From a virus (taxonomy: Duplodnaviria > Heunggongvirae > Uroviricota > Caudoviricetes): a stretch of 64,000 nucleotides of DNA. A model generated the notes under the pieces. That model saw only the letters and a list, made by a program, of their open reading frames with translations, was not told where the DNA came from and ran no database searches. The stretch lies in IMG/VR virus record IMGVR_UViG_2671180724_000008; one strand, written 5' to 3'. This document shows, in pieces, positions 1-9,650 of this stretch (positions within the stretch are counted from its first letter, which is position 1; each line of letters begins with the position of its first letter). A program made the translations under genes and the position numbers.

Positions 1-1473
1 TCTGAACACTTCTTCTTTGATCTGCCCTCTTTCAGCGAAATGTTGCAGGCATGGACCCGCAGCGGTGCGTTGCAGGAGCAGGTGGCAAACAAAATGCAGG
101 AGTGGTTTGAATCTGGTCTGCAACAGTGGGATATCTCCCGCGACGCACCTTACTTCGGTTTTGAAATTCCGAACGCGCCGGGTAAATATTTCTACGTCTG
201 GCTGGACGCACCGATTGGCTACATGGGTTCCTTCAAGAATCTGTGCGACAAGCGCGGCGACACTACCAGCTTTGATGAATACTGGAAGAAAGACTCCACC
301 GCCGAGCTGTACCACTTCATCGGTAAAGATATCGTTTACTTCCACAGCCTGTTCTGGCCTGCCATGCTGGAAGGCAGCAACTTCCGCAAGCCGACCAACC
401 TGTTTGTTCACGGCTATGTGACGGTGAACGGCGCGAAGATGTCCAAGTCTCGCGGCACCTTTATTAAAGCCAGCACCTGGTTGAATCATTTTGACGCTGA
501 CAGCCTGCGTTACTACTACACCGCCAAACTGTCTTCGCGCATTGATGATATCGATCTCAACCTGGAAGATTTCGTTCAGCGCGTGAATGCCGATATCGTG
601 AACAAAGTGGTTAACCTGGCCTCCCGTAATGCGGGCTTTATCAACAAACGTTTTGACGGCGTGCTGGCAAGCGAACTGGCTGACCCGCAACTGTACAAAA
701 CCTTTACTGATGCCGCTGAAGTGATTGGCGAAGCATGGGAAAGCCGCGAATTTGGTAAAGCTATCCGTGAAATCATGGCATTGGCTGACCTAGCTAACCG
801 CTATGTCGATGAACAGGCTCCGTGGGTGGTGGCGAAGCAGGAAGGACGCGATGCCGATCTGCAGGCGATTTGCTCTATGGGCATTAACCTGTTCCGCGTG
901 CTGATGACTTACCTGAAACCGGTACTGCCGAAACTGACAGAACGTGCGGAAGCATTCCTCAATACGGAACTGACTTGGGATGGCATCCAGCAACCGCTGC
1001 TGGGCCATAAAGTGAATCCGTTCAAAGCACTGTATAACCGTATCGACATGAAACAGGTGGAAGCATTGGTGGAAGCGTCTAAAGAAGAAGTGAAAGCTAC
1101 TGCCGCGCCAGTTACTGGCCCGCTGGCAGACGACCCGATTCAGGAAACCATCACCTTTGACGACTTTGCCAAAGTTGACCTGCGCGTGGCGCTGATCGAA
1201 AACGCAGAGTTTGTTGAAGGTTCTGACAAACTGCTGCGCCTGACGCTGGATCTCGGCGGTGAAAAACGCAATGTCTTCTCAGGCATCCGTTCCGCTTATC
1301 CAGACCCACAGGCACTGATTGGCCGTCACACCATTATGGTGGCTAACCTGGCTCCGCGTAAAATGCGTTTCGGTATCTCCGAAGGCATGGTGATGGCTGC
1401 TGGCCCCGGCGGGAAAGACATCTTCCTGTTAAGCCCGGATGCTGGTGCTAAACCTGGCCACCAGGTTAAGTAA
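1..1473 (+). CDS. metG: Methionyl-tRNA synthetase, C-terminal ~477 aa (5' end lies upstream of the window)
   Basis: Translation is recognisable as E. coli-type MetG (KMSKS motif present as KMSKSRGT; C-terminal tRNA-binding domain); the frame is open from base 1, so the gene is truncated by the window edge. Confidence 0.93.
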   Translation, partial: SEHFFFDLPSFSEMLQAWTRSGALQEQVANKMQEWFESGLQQWDISRDAPYFGFEIPNAPGKYFYVWLDAPIGYMGSFKNLCDKRGDTTSFDEYWKKDSTAELYHFIGKDIVYFHSLFWPAMLEGSNFRKPTNLFVHGYVTVNGAKMSKSRGTFIKASTWLNHFDADSLRYYYTAKLSSRIDDIDLNLEDFVQRVNADIVNKVVNLASRNAGFINKRFDGVLASELADPQLYKTFTDAAEVIGEAWESREFGKAIREIMALADLANRYVDEQAPWVVAKQEGRDADLQAICSMGINLFRVLMTYLKPVLPKLTERAEAFLNTELTWDGIQQPLLGHKVNPFKALYNRIDMKQVEALVEASKEEVKATAAPVTGPLADDPIQETITFDDFAKVDLRVALIENAEFVEGSDKLLRLTLDLGGEKRNVFSGIRSAYPDPQALIGRHTIMVANLAPRKMRFGISEGMVMAAGPGGKDIFLLSPDAGAKPGHQVK

Positions 1474-1493
1474 TTAAGCAACCATTCTTCACA

Positions 1494-1521
1494 ATGCCCG
1501 GCAATACGCTGGGCATTTTCA
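1494..1521 (+). terminator. Rho-independent terminator of metG
   Basis: GC hairpin atgccc...gggcat followed by a T-run, 20 bp after the metG stop. Confidence 0.6.
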
Positions 1522-1556
1522 TATAGACACAATCCCTTCTGACTTTAACAAACCCT

Positions 1557-1622
1557 AAAACAATTTGTTTTCTGCCTTTTGTTGATTGAGATAATAAGCC
1601 ACATAAGAAAACAAATTGTTTC
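1557..1622 (+). promoter_or_regulatory. Early promoter with paired inverted operator palindromes (aaaacaatttgttttc at 1557-1572 and gaaaacaaattgtttc at 1607-1622) flanking a gataat -10 element
   Basis: Near-perfect palindromes read directly; the same motif recurs at 4241, 4725, 5633/5681, 6165, 15280/15306, 45383 and 48314. Confidence 0.55.
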
Positions 1623-1634
1623 GGAGTGGTTGAA

Positions 1635-1934
1635 ATGTTGAACATTACCCAAGCCTACCAGGTGGCATTGATCAGTTCATCTCATACATCAGAGGAAGAT
1701 GCTCGCCGATTCATGATCGCAAGCAATGAGCTGGATTGGGTTTCGCAAATTGACGGCGGTTGTATTGTCCACGCCGGGTTACAGGATGATGTCTGGAAAG
1801 ACGACTTGCGTCGATATGGTATATCCGAAGGCGCGATTGCTAACATTCAGAAAGTACTTGATGTAGGCTTTGACTCTGTACATTTTGATTGTGGTGCGCC
1901 GGTCGTTGAAGGGCTTGAGTGCTGGAACTGGTAA
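1635..1934 (+). CDS. Hypothetical early protein
   Basis: ORF with ggag RBS 8 nt upstream of ATG 1635; operator promoter upstream; no recognisable motif. Confidence 0.55.
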   Translation: MLNITQAYQVALISSSHTSEEDARRFMIASNELDWVSQIDGGCIVHAGLQDDVWKDDLRRYGISEGAIANIQKVLDVGFDSVHFDCGAPVVEGLECWNW

Positions 1935-1979
1935 CAGATATTAAAGCACTGGTAGTTTGTTTTTAGGATTATCAAAGAA

Positions 1980-2714
1980 ATGAAAAAGTTGAAAAGTTTA
2001 GAAATCCCTGGGACTGGTTATAAATTCTTTATGGACAACGCGGAGTGTGCACCTAACGCGTTGGAAAAAATACAAAGTCTTATCAACAGCCTTACTGAAG
2101 AAGCGAAAGAACTGAAGAGCGAGGCGACAAAGGACAATACAGCTAAAATCCAATGCTTAAATCTCGTTTCTTATTGTTTATATCAAGTGTCCAAAACACT
2201 GATTAAAGGCAATATCTATTACGACGATGAAGACACCTCGACACCTGAAGAAAAAGATAGCGATGAAGAACTCTATGAAGATATCTCTACTAGTGCGGGT
2301 CACGCTGCCTTCGATGCTATGGGTAAATCGTCAGGCATCAGATCATTTGTTGAACAGAACAATTCGACAATAATGATTGAGTACTGTGAACAAACAAGCT
2401 CCAAGGCCATACATGTTCTTCACGATGTTGCTGCAGGGGTTCGCTGTGAGGCTGAAGCGGTCAGAAAAGATGTATTTGGTGCAGACAGTAATACCGTGAA
2501 AGCGTTCATCAACAGTGCTCTGCTAAATTCTTACTCAAACCTTATCGTCAATGCGGCACTATGCGCAAATTCTGGTGAAGAACACATTGTCATAACCGAA
2601 ACCAAATATGAGCATCAACAGTCACCAACCATAGAAGAGGTAACTGCATTGGCTATCAAACAGGCGAGTGAAATTAGTGATGAAATTCTCTCTCTGCTAA
2701 ACAAAACTAAGTAA
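1980..2714 (+). CDS. Hypothetical protein (low GC, acidic)
   Basis: 244-aa ORF, AT-rich codon usage distinct from neighbours; no recognisable motif. Confidence 0.55.
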   Translation: MKKLKSLEIPGTGYKFFMDNAECAPNALEKIQSLINSLTEEAKELKSEATKDNTAKIQCLNLVSYCLYQVSKTLIKGNIYYDDEDTSTPEEKDSDEELYEDISTSAGHAAFDAMGKSSGIRSFVEQNNSTIMIEYCEQTSSKAIHVLHDVAAGVRCEAEAVRKDVFGADSNTVKAFINSALLNSYSNLIVNAALCANSGEEHIVITETKYEHQQSPTIEEVTALAIKQASEISDEILSLLNKTK

Positions 2715-2819
2715 AACATTGATAATGGCGGTCACAATTTGATTCTTTTCTATAAGAATCCGTTGATCGCCACTACTCCCCTTCCATACCTGCAATCACA
2801 TCCTTAAATATCAATAGGT

Positions 2820-3620
2820 TATAGTTGTTTACACAAACAAGAAAACAACTGAATAACAGATCAACGAAACGTCAACGCTTTCACCCGATTTGGTCTAAAA
2901 AATTGACGTTTTCACACATCACTTCTTATACCCGTAATCCTACGCAGCAGACAGCTCCACAGCGTCCAATTTTCACCACAGACGACTCAACACACTACCA
3001 ACAAAAACACATGCTCAAAATCGCTCCCGTTGCGTTACACAACCATATAAACAACTTATTTTCAGGTATAACAAAACAACTAAATAACACATATGCCATT
3101 ACCCAAAACAACCAACCTCTTTATGGCAGGCTACCGAAAAGACCCACCTCTTCTTCCCAGGCTACCGGACAACCAACCTAACTTTCACAGGCAATCCGAA
3201 AACATTCACACGCGCGATACCCACGACACGCCATTACCCAAACAGCGAAGAAACACCTGAACCACTGAAACCCCAACGAAGTCTGTAACCGCAAGGATTC
3301 TCTCAATCCCAAAAGACACGAAACAGAACAATCACGGGAAACGCCATTACCCAATACACGAATAACTACAAAAGCCCTTCACACACTCAGACAAACAACT
3401 CAAACACAATAACGAAAGCAATCGCCCACCTGCCATTACTCCATATACGGAGAAGAACAATCACCAAAACGACGAGAACACCCCATAGAAGAACCACCGC
3501 AAAACGAACGAAACCACATACACCGACAGAGAAAACAACACACCTAATCCACCAACAGAAATAGTCGCCGTATAGAACGTTCTGGTAGGAGTGAGCATTA
3601 ACGCCTATAGAGAGGTTGAG
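2820..3620. repeat. Strand-asymmetric C+A-rich non-coding stretch with four iteron-like direct repeats GCCATTAC(C/T)C(A)A (3095, 3229, 3342, 3432)
   Basis: Top strand almost devoid of G/T over about 800 bp; repeats read directly; ORFs here are low-complexity compositional artefacts. Confidence 0.6.
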
Positions 3621-3773
3621 ACAGATAAAACACGAAGAAAACACAACATGCATAGCGAAGAAGCCAGGTATGTATAAGTGGGGAGGGAAGGAGGGGGGTC
3701 GCCTCCTTTTTCGTATTTATTCAACTCCTGATTTTATCCCCCGTAACACCCCTGCGGTCAGCCTTCGGTCCAT

Positions 3774-3912
3774 ACAGGGAAAAGGCTGCATCCCGCTACA
3801 GAAACGGCTGGGTTGCCTTCGGGGGACGGCTGGAGGTTTTCAGGGAAACGGTCGAGTTGCCTGTGTGGGTTTCGGGAAAAGGCTCGATGCCGGTTCAGGA
3901 ACGGTGGCGTAC
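3774..3912. repeat. Cluster of five direct repeats with core GGGAAA(A/C)GG (cagggaaaaggctgcatccc, cagaaacggctgggttgcc, cagggaaacggtcgagttgcc, cgggaaaaggctcgatgcc, caggaacggtggcgtacc)
   Basis: Read directly; 19-21 bp units spaced 25-35 bp apart in G-rich non-coding DNA. Confidence 0.6.
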
Positions 3913-4220
3913 CGGTATAGCGTGAGAGAGAGTTGCGGCTGCCCACCTGTAATGTGCGGGAAGAAGAGAGGCGCTCACGTGCAGGCGAACTTACTTCCCG
4001 CTGGATTCCCTCTGAATGCCCAGCTACAGCGTAATTGTGCCAGACAGCCAGCGGGTCACAATCGATTTTAGTAGGTTTTCGGGTAGAGGATTATTCTGCC
4101 CACCAGCCACTTTCGGCCACTAAATCAGAATAATGTAAAAAGTGTACTCGGTACTAAACCTGAAAACTCACTGCCAAAACCACATTCACCGGAATAAAAT
4201 CCTTTTTCGCCTATGTGTTA

Positions 4221-4257
4221 TTACGATAATAACACCAATAAGAAAACACGTTGTTTA
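4221..4257 (+). promoter_or_regulatory. Early promoter (-10 gataat) with operator agaaaacacgttgttta
   Basis: Motif family member immediately upstream of CDS 4269. Confidence 0.5.
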
Positions 4258-4268
4258 AGGATTGCTTT

Positions 4269-4598
4269 ATGTTTGCACATATCGACATCAACCAAATCAA
4301 GAAATTAACTCAAAAAGAGTTTGATCAGTTTTATGAGTTAGAAGGTTGGTCTTCCACTCTGATCAATTCGCGGTGGGTGCTTGAGCTGATGACTCGTGAT
4401 GACGCACCTGCTTTGATGATTTGCGACATGGGTGAAGATGCTGACTTTATGGATATGAGCGAATTTTGTGTGGACACATACAACCGCAGCCAGAAGTACT
4501 ACTTCACATGCGATAGCGAGAATGACGTGATTTCTAAGGTCTATCTTCACCTTGTCCAGCATTGGGACGTTCAGGAGTTTCTTGAAGTATTCGCGTAA
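4269..4598 (+). CDS. Hypothetical early protein
   Basis: ORF; ATG 4269 chosen over the upstream TTG that lies inside the operator. Confidence 0.6.
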   Translation: MFAHIDINQIKKLTQKEFDQFYELEGWSSTLINSRWVLELMTRDDAPALMICDMGEDADFMDMSEFCVDTYNRSQKYYFTCDSENDVISKVYLHLVQHWDVQEFLEVFA

Positions 4599-4706
4599 TC
4601 CCAACCAAAGCCAGCAATGCTGGCTTAACTTCATCTGTAGCCGCAGGGAAGAACCTGCATATCGCTCATGCGCCTGATCAATATGCTTTGTAGCCGTTTT
4701 CTTACT

Positions 4707-4743
4707 GGTATTATTTACGCCATTGAGAAAACAAGTTGTTTAC
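4707..4743 (+). promoter_or_regulatory. Early promoter (-10 tattat) with operator gagaaaacaagttgtttac
   Basis: Motif family member upstream of CDS 4753. Confidence 0.5.
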
Positions 4744-4752
4744 GGAGTTGTG

Positions 4753-5064
4753 ATGAAAAAATCATTGGTTCTTGGTCTGGACAAAGACCAGAAGAGAAAA
4801 GAGAAGCCTGCGCTGGTTGCTCAATTAACTTTGCTGGACATCGTTGCCAATGGAACCTCTATTCGTCTGTTCCGTGAAACAGCGGTGTCTTTCGATAAAA
4901 ACACCTTTACTCGTTATGTAATGAATGTTCGTCGCCAGCGTGGAAAAGGCTGGGTGGCATTTCAAAGAATGTGGCCGGAACATCAGCTCGAACTGGCTTT
5001 GATGGAAGTTAACCGCGTGGCCCAGCAAGAGATTCAGAGAGCATCAGTGATGGCAATAGCCTGA
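4753..5064 (+). CDS. Hypothetical early protein (basic)
   Basis: ORF with acggag RBS 5 nt upstream of ATG 4753. Confidence 0.6.
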   Translation: MKKSLVLGLDKDQKRKEKPALVAQLTLLDIVANGTSIRLFRETAVSFDKNTFTRYVMNVRRQRGKGWVAFQRMWPEHQLELALMEVNRVAQQEIQRASVMAIA

Positions 5065-5099
5065 TAATGTGCAAGTGGTAATTAGTCGACAGTACGACA

Positions 5100-5126
5100 G
5101 CCCCGCCATCCTTACGGGGCTTTTTT
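5100..5126 (+). terminator. Rho-independent terminator
   Basis: gccccg...cggggc hairpin plus tttttt. Confidence 0.65.
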
Positions 5127-5190
5127 GTATTGTAAGTACATACTTACGGCTATAAAATAGAAAAATAACCAAGACACTACGGAGAGTGAA

Positions 5191-5586
5191 ATGACCGTTA
5201 AACGCGAAAAACTGACAGTTGATGTTTACTATGCCTCTGAAACCGCCGAAGGTAAGAATGTGGCAAAAATCACCGTTGTTACGTACAACACCGAAACTGG
5301 TGCCGAAGTACAGGCCAGTACGATCGTGCGTAAAGGTGATGCCTCCGGCGGCGAGTACGCGACTCAATACCAGTCCATTCTCGATGCAACTGACCCGCTG
5401 CTGCTGAAAATCGAGAACTACTTCCGCCAGGTTGATGAAGAGGTGTTTGAAACCATGATGAGTATGGTTAATTCCGTATTCACCTCCAGCCTGAACACCA
5501 GCACCACCTGGATTGGCCAGTATGGTCTGCGCATTACCTCCGGCATTCCTGCTGACACCTTAATCCCTGAAAGCGTATTCGCTTAA
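5191..5586 (+). CDS. Hypothetical protein
   Basis: 131-aa ORF between two terminators; TAAGTA-type palindrome gtaagtacatacttac at 5132-5147 upstream. Confidence 0.6.
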   Translation: MTVKREKLTVDVYYASETAEGKNVAKITVVTYNTETGAEVQASTIVRKGDASGGEYATQYQSILDATDPLLLKIENYFRQVDEEVFETMMSMVNSVFTSSLNTSTTWIGQYGLRITSGIPADTLIPESVFA

Positions 5587-5596
5587 TCCTCTTTAA

Positions 5597-5622
5597 ATGG
5601 CGCGTAAACCGCGCCATTTTCT
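5597..5622 (+). terminator. Rho-independent terminator
   Basis: atggcgcg...cgcgccat hairpin plus T-run. Confidence 0.6.
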
Positions 5623-5632
5623 TATGCCCGAT

Positions 5633-5697
5633 AACAATTTGTTTTCTGCCTTATCTGCACTGCGATAATTACAACAACAAGAAAACAACATGTTTAC
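5633..5697 (+). promoter_or_regulatory. Early promoter with paired operators (aacaatttgttttc 5633-5646; gaaaacaacatgtttac 5681-5697) flanking -10 gataat
   Basis: Same architecture as 1557-1622. Confidence 0.55.
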
Positions 5698-5714
5698 GCA
5701 GTGAGGATATGCTC

Positions 5715-5996
5715 ATGACTGATTTCACCATTACCACCAAAGCACAAAATGTATTCCTCGAATCATGGCTGGACTTGCCGGAAACAGAACAGCAAGAAAT
5801 GGATCATGTGGAATATGACGAGCAGGTAAGCACGCGATTCTTCCACTTTGAGGGATGCGTTTACGACATTGCCGACTTCATGCGAGATGACCGCTTCCCT
5901 GAATGGCACGCAAGCTATCCACTAAACGCCTTTGCCATGCTGATGATCCGTGTGGATGATTCAGGGGATACCATCGACATCGGTCTGCTCCACTGA
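5715..5996 (+). CDS. Hypothetical early protein
   Basis: ORF; gtgagga RBS 7 nt upstream of ATG 5715. Confidence 0.6.
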   Translation: MTDFTITTKAQNVFLESWLDLPETEQQEMDHVEYDEQVSTRFFHFEGCVYDIADFMRDDRFPEWHASYPLNAFAMLMIRVDDSGDTIDIGLLH

Positions 5997-6126
5997 AGAA
6001 TAAGGTCACCAATGCTGGTGGCCTTAAATGACCATCCTGCTTCCCTCAGGCTAAAAACACCAACCTCTTACCTCCAGGCAACCGACAAACCCACCTGTTC
6101 CCGTCCGGCTACCGCAACTTTCCACT

Positions 6127-6180
6127 TTGACGCCTTATTCGTACAACGATAATTAACACAAACAAGAAAACAATTTGTTA
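6127..6180 (+). promoter_or_regulatory. Sigma70-like promoter (ttgacg -35, about 16-17 bp spacer, AT-rich -10) with operator agaaaacaatttgtta
   Basis: Read directly; preceded by CAGGC(T)A...CCG...CCAACC repeats at 6040-6110. Confidence 0.55.
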
Positions 6181-6200
6181 TTTACGATAAGGAATTAATC

Positions 6201-6683
6201 ATGAATTTTATCGCTACTGTAAACGCACCCGCACATGGCAATATCGCTGTAACGTTCTCTGACATTGAAAAACGAGTACTTGGTGCATGGCGCGACAATG
6301 AGACGGTAGAACTGTCAGCACAAGAAAAATGCATTATTGCACGCGACATCATTGGCAATCGTCGTTACTCGCGGGTATTTGAGAAAGCGTATGTGGTAAA
6401 TTCTGGATTCGGAACGTTCGTCTTTCCGGTGCGCTCCGGGCGATTCTGCCAGTCCAAGCTGATTGAGTTCGCTACGCAGATTTCTTTCTGGATTAAAACT
6501 CAATCGTCGTTCAAATTTTCCGACGATGAAGCAGTATCGCAGGGGATGCGGATCGCCAACAATGCGATTAAATGCAAAAACATTACGTATACCGCTGGCG
6601 TTGACACATGGAAACTGTTTTGCGCTAACTTTATGCTGAATGTATACGCAAGCAACCGCATCCACATCCTTGATGGCGTGTAA
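6201..6683 (+). CDS. Hypothetical protein
   Basis: 160-aa ORF; no recognisable motif. Confidence 0.6.
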   Translation: MNFIATVNAPAHGNIAVTFSDIEKRVLGAWRDNETVELSAQEKCIIARDIIGNRRYSRVFEKAYVVNSGFGTFVFPVRSGRFCQSKLIEFATQISFWIKTQSSFKFSDDEAVSQGMRIANNAIKCKNITYTAGVDTWKLFCANFMLNVYASNRIHILDGV

Positions 6684-6691
6684 CTGAGAAG

Positions 6692-6715
6692 AGGGCCAGA
6701 AACGGCCCTTTATCT
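6692..6715 (+). terminator. Rho-independent terminator
   Basis: agggcc...ggccct hairpin plus tttatct. Confidence 0.5.
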
Positions 6716-6731
6716 ATAGCCACCAGCTGCC

Positions 6732-6819
6732 GCAGGGAAATTTTCAGAAACGGCGAGGAAAGCATTCATGAGCCGACGGGAAACGGCCAGGATTTTTTCG
6801 GGAAACGGCTGCATTCGCC
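6732..6819. repeat. Second cluster of GGGAAA(A/C)GG repeats (cagggaaattttcagaaacggcgagg, cgggaaacggccagg, cgggaaacggctgcattcgcc)
   Basis: Same core as the 3774-3912 cluster, in non-coding DNA. Confidence 0.55.
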
Positions 6820-7269
6820 TTTATGTAGAAAAAACATCGGGAAGCTGGTGGAATCCAACCAGCGGTTGTCGGACAGGTGAGCGGGGAAAATTATGATGAC
6901 TTTCGTCGCCTGAGACATCCAGATTTCTTTCGTAGCATAATCACATACGTGATTAAGTGGTGTGATTATGTGAAAAATCACGCGCACATAATACGCGAGC
7001 GGATACGGAACAAAACAAAATGCCGATCCGCGCCGACAAATAAACGCGGATCATAAAGCAAGACTAAAAGCCAATGATTAACCATACTCTATAGCGCAAT
7101 ATAACGCGTTTTAAGCGCGTTAATGTGTTAAGTAATGGGTATGTACTGGTAAGGATATAAAAGCGCGTCTATGGCGTTATTTTGGCGCTTATTTTTATGT
7201 TGTTGGAGTGAGTTAAAGACAATAAAAAACGCGCTAATGATGGCGCGTTATGGTGGGAGTATTGGAAAC

Positions 7270-7294
7270 GAAAAAAGCGCCCATAGTGGGCGCT
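7270..7294 (-). terminator. Terminator of the minus-strand block (probably bidirectional)
   Basis: gcgccc atagt gggcgc hairpin flanked by A-run on plus and T-run on minus; same hairpin recurs inverted at 7777-7795. Confidence 0.6.
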
Positions 7295-7299
7295 CGATT

Positions 7300-7530
7300 T
7301 TATTTGTGTAAACTGATTTTAAATCCCATTTCTACAAACGCTTTTAACATTAAAAATATATCAGCGTCGTTCACGTCTGCTTTTTTTCGCTCCTGGTCGC
7401 TCAATAAGTCAATTTTGCGCGTCGTTTCATCTATAAGCTCGACTGCGCGCCCAGCGTAACCAGCGATCCCAGCGATGCGATTAACATAATATTCATTATG
7501 GACGTTAACGCCAGCGATAAGAACAAACAT
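7300..7530 (-). CDS. Hypothetical small protein
   Basis: 76-aa ORF in AT-rich minus-strand block. Confidence 0.45.
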   Translation of the reverse strand: MFVLIAGVNVHNEYYVNRIAGIAGYAGRAVELIDETTRKIDLLSDQERKKADVNDADIFLMLKAFVEMGFKISLHK

Positions 7531-7549
7531 GATTAAGCTCCTTAAAAAA

Positions 7550-7798
7550 TTAAATAGAATTTTGAAGTTTTCCGATTAATGCGCTTAAACGTAAGTATTC
7601 ACGTTTGCGCTTGCAATCTCGCTTGCTGTTAAGCAAATCAGAAAACGTAAAATTTAATTGGTCGCGTTGCGCGATCAAATCATCGATTAATTCCAGTTTA
7701 TAAGCGCGATACTTTGCGCGATATTCCGCGCGGATCTTGTCATAGCTGACCATCTTTAAAGCTCCTTTAAAGCGCCCACTATGGGCGCTTGATTCCAT
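7550..7798 (-). CDS. Hypothetical small basic protein
   Basis: 82-aa ORF, Arg/Lys-rich C-terminal half. Confidence 0.45.
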   Translation of the reverse strand: MESSAHSGRFKGALKMVSYDKIRAEYRAKYRAYKLELIDDLIAQRDQLNFTFSDLLNSKRDCKRKREYLRLSALIGKLQNSI

Positions 7799-7801
7799 TA
7801 A

Positions 7802-8452
7802 TTACGCTTTGAAAGCATCAGCTAAATAATTGTAGAAATCATTTTTAATGAAGCGATATTGCTGAGTACCAGCTTTCGCGCTCCCAGCTCCTTTGACTTT
7901 TTCAACAAGTCCAAGACGTTCGCAAAGATTGATCAACTGGTTGGCTTGAGTATAGCCAGCGTCCAATTTAATTTCACACGCTTTTTTAGCTTCATTCATT
8001 AAATCGAAAACAGCGCCATTGGTGAACGTGTCGATCTCGTCGTTAATCATATCGATTAAAGCAAATACACGAGATCCTGACATATCAGCGATGGAATAAA
8101 CGCATTTACCAGATTTAATTGATTTAACCAGATAAACCAGTTTTTCCAGAGAATAACTATTAGTCATTGCATCACGGAAAAATACTTCTGGCGCTTGTTT
8201 GCTTGCTTTAATCGCATAGTAGAAAACAGAGCATAATTTTTCGTCTTCTACTGCGTTTACGACGTTGTTGATGAAGTAAGCAAGTTTAGTGGTCGCAGCT
8301 TGCATATTTGCTTTGTCTGCTTTAGTGTGCGTACCATTTTTATAATGTTCGTTATATGTTTGAGTTGCCAGATCTGCTTTTTCGCGCAGTTCATCGGATA
8401 CAATGGAAGCAGCTTCAATGATGGATTTTTTAGAAATGATAATGTTAGCCAT
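7802..8452 (-). CDS. Hypothetical protein, possible winged-helix C-terminus
   Basis: 216-aa ORF; AT-rich; C-terminal segment LINLCERLGLVEKVKG resembles a wHTH recognition element (weak). Confidence 0.5.
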   Translation of the reverse strand: MANIIISKKSIIEAASIVSDELREKADLATQTYNEHYKNGTHTKADKANMQAATTKLAYFINNVVNAVEDEKLCSVFYYAIKASKQAPEVFFRDAMTNSYSLEKLVYLVKSIKSGKCVYSIADMSGSRVFALIDMINDEIDTFTNGAVFDLMNEAKKACEIKLDAGYTQANQLINLCERLGLVEKVKGAGSAKAGTQQYRFIKNDFYNYLADAFKA

Positions 8453-8689
8453 GATAATTTTTCCTTATGTAAATTTAAAATTTATTGTCGTTAGCGTCTT
8501 CGCTTTCGACGAGTTCAATTATCGATACGCGAAAAAAGATTGCAAGTGTTTTTTTAAAATTTTTTGCAGGGATGAAAGTCCTAGAAATAAAAGCGAGATC
8601 GTCGAAGGTGTTCCCTAAATAAATAATCGATTGCGGCTTTAGACCTTATATATATTTAGGTTATTTGATTTGTAGATATAAAGAAGTGA

Positions 8690-8722
8690 TGTGAAAAATA
8701 ATAACCGGACTTAGCCGGTTAT
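8690..8722 (-). terminator. Terminator for the 8736-9044 gene
   Basis: aataaccgg...ccggttatt hairpin followed by T-run on the minus strand. Confidence 0.55.
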
Positions 8723-8735
8723 TAACCTTATAGAT

Positions 8736-9044
8736 TTATTGAACAGACTCTACAGCCTTACGATTGGTGTCAAATAGCGCATCAACGAACTGTGCCGATG
8801 ACTCGCTAGATTCGCAATCCAACATTGCCCTTTCTTCATTTGCCACTTTCTTACACAGTTCCACATTCTCACCTATCGCTTTTCCTGCTTTTACGGCTGC
8901 CGAAAATTGATACATGCAAACTGATACATTCTGAGACGTTGAGCACACGTCATTCATCAGCGACTGAATGACAGGCTTATAGTCCATTGCATTTGCCGCA
9001 ACTGAGCAAAGTAAAAATAATGGTGGTAACAATATCGATTTCAT
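8736..9044 (-). CDS. Secreted small protein (N-terminal signal peptide)
   Basis: Hydrophobic leader ending in AANA; several Cys residues. Confidence 0.55.
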   Translation of the reverse strand: MKSILLPPLFLLCSVAANAMDYKPVIQSLMNDVCSTSQNVSVCMYQFSAAVKAGKAIGENVELCKKVANEERAMLDCESSESSAQFVDALFDTNRKAVESVQ

Positions 9045-9047
9045 AAC

Positions 9048-9650
9048 TCAAAAAGGCAAAATTCGTTCAACCCAATCGAACAAAACAACTATTTTTCTAC
9101 CGTTCTCGACACGTAGTGTAACCTGACAAGCATCTGCGCCTGCTGACACCCCCTCAATTTCACGGCCATCCGCCATGTACACCCTTATAGATTTGTTTGC
9201 TTTGTAGGCTTGGTTGCAAATTGCAAAAAAATCGCGGCGTGATGGCCGATTATCGACATAATCAGGGTGAACTGTTAGTCGACCTTTGAAATCGTGAGCG
9301 ATACTGTCAACCACACCTGATTCAATTGTACTAATGCGTTCAAGTGGGAGCCTTATACGATTTTCTTTGTCAAAAGGGGCTGGGCAAAGGTCAACTTTGT
9401 TACGAGATGGCATGAGGCCATAAACGTACATGCAAAACGCCTGGCCATCTTCGAGAGTGACCCTTACAGGAATTTGTTCTCTGCGCCAGAACATCAGTAG
9501 TTTTTCAACGTTAGTGTAATCTCGCGGCCAGAGTTCAGCTTGGATACCGTAGGTAATATCTTTGGTTGTCATGTCATCACAGAGTTGTTGGCAGAATGTC
9601 GATGTCACCAGAATTGCTGGTGAACACCCTGAACGCTTTTGTGTCTCCAT
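9048..9650 (-). CDS. Hypothetical protein (start uncertain; alternative ATG at 9572)
   Basis: 200-aa ORF; overlaps the upstream lipoprotein ORF by 74 nt if the 9650 start is used. Confidence 0.5.
   Translation of the reverse strand: METQKRSGCSPAILVTSTFCQQLCDDMTTKDITYGIQAELWPRDYTNVEKLLMFWRREQIPVRVTLEDGQAFCMYVYGLMPSRNKVDLCPAPFDKENRIRLPLERISTIESGVVDSIAHDFKGRLTVHPDYVDNRPSRRDFFAICNQAYKANKSIRVYMADGREIEGVSAGADACQVTLRVENGRKIVVLFDWVERILPF

Noticed and set aside
17-421. 134-aa ORF in an alternative frame inside metG
   Set aside because: Fully overlaps the well-supported metG reading frame; Cys/Arg/Ser-rich translation is typical of an out-of-frame artefact.
2825-3653. ORFs 2825-3181 (+) and 3387-3653 (-) in the C+A-rich segment
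   Set aside because: Translations are low-complexity products of the extreme base composition (Thr/Gln/Asn/Pro/His on one strand, Val/Phe/Gly/Leu/Trp on the other); no RBS or promoter motif; region better explained as non-coding repeats.
3616-4071. 151-aa ORF across the GGGAAA(A/C)GG repeat cluster
   Set aside because: Gly/Arg-rich translation driven by G-rich repeats; no start context; spans iteron-like repeats.
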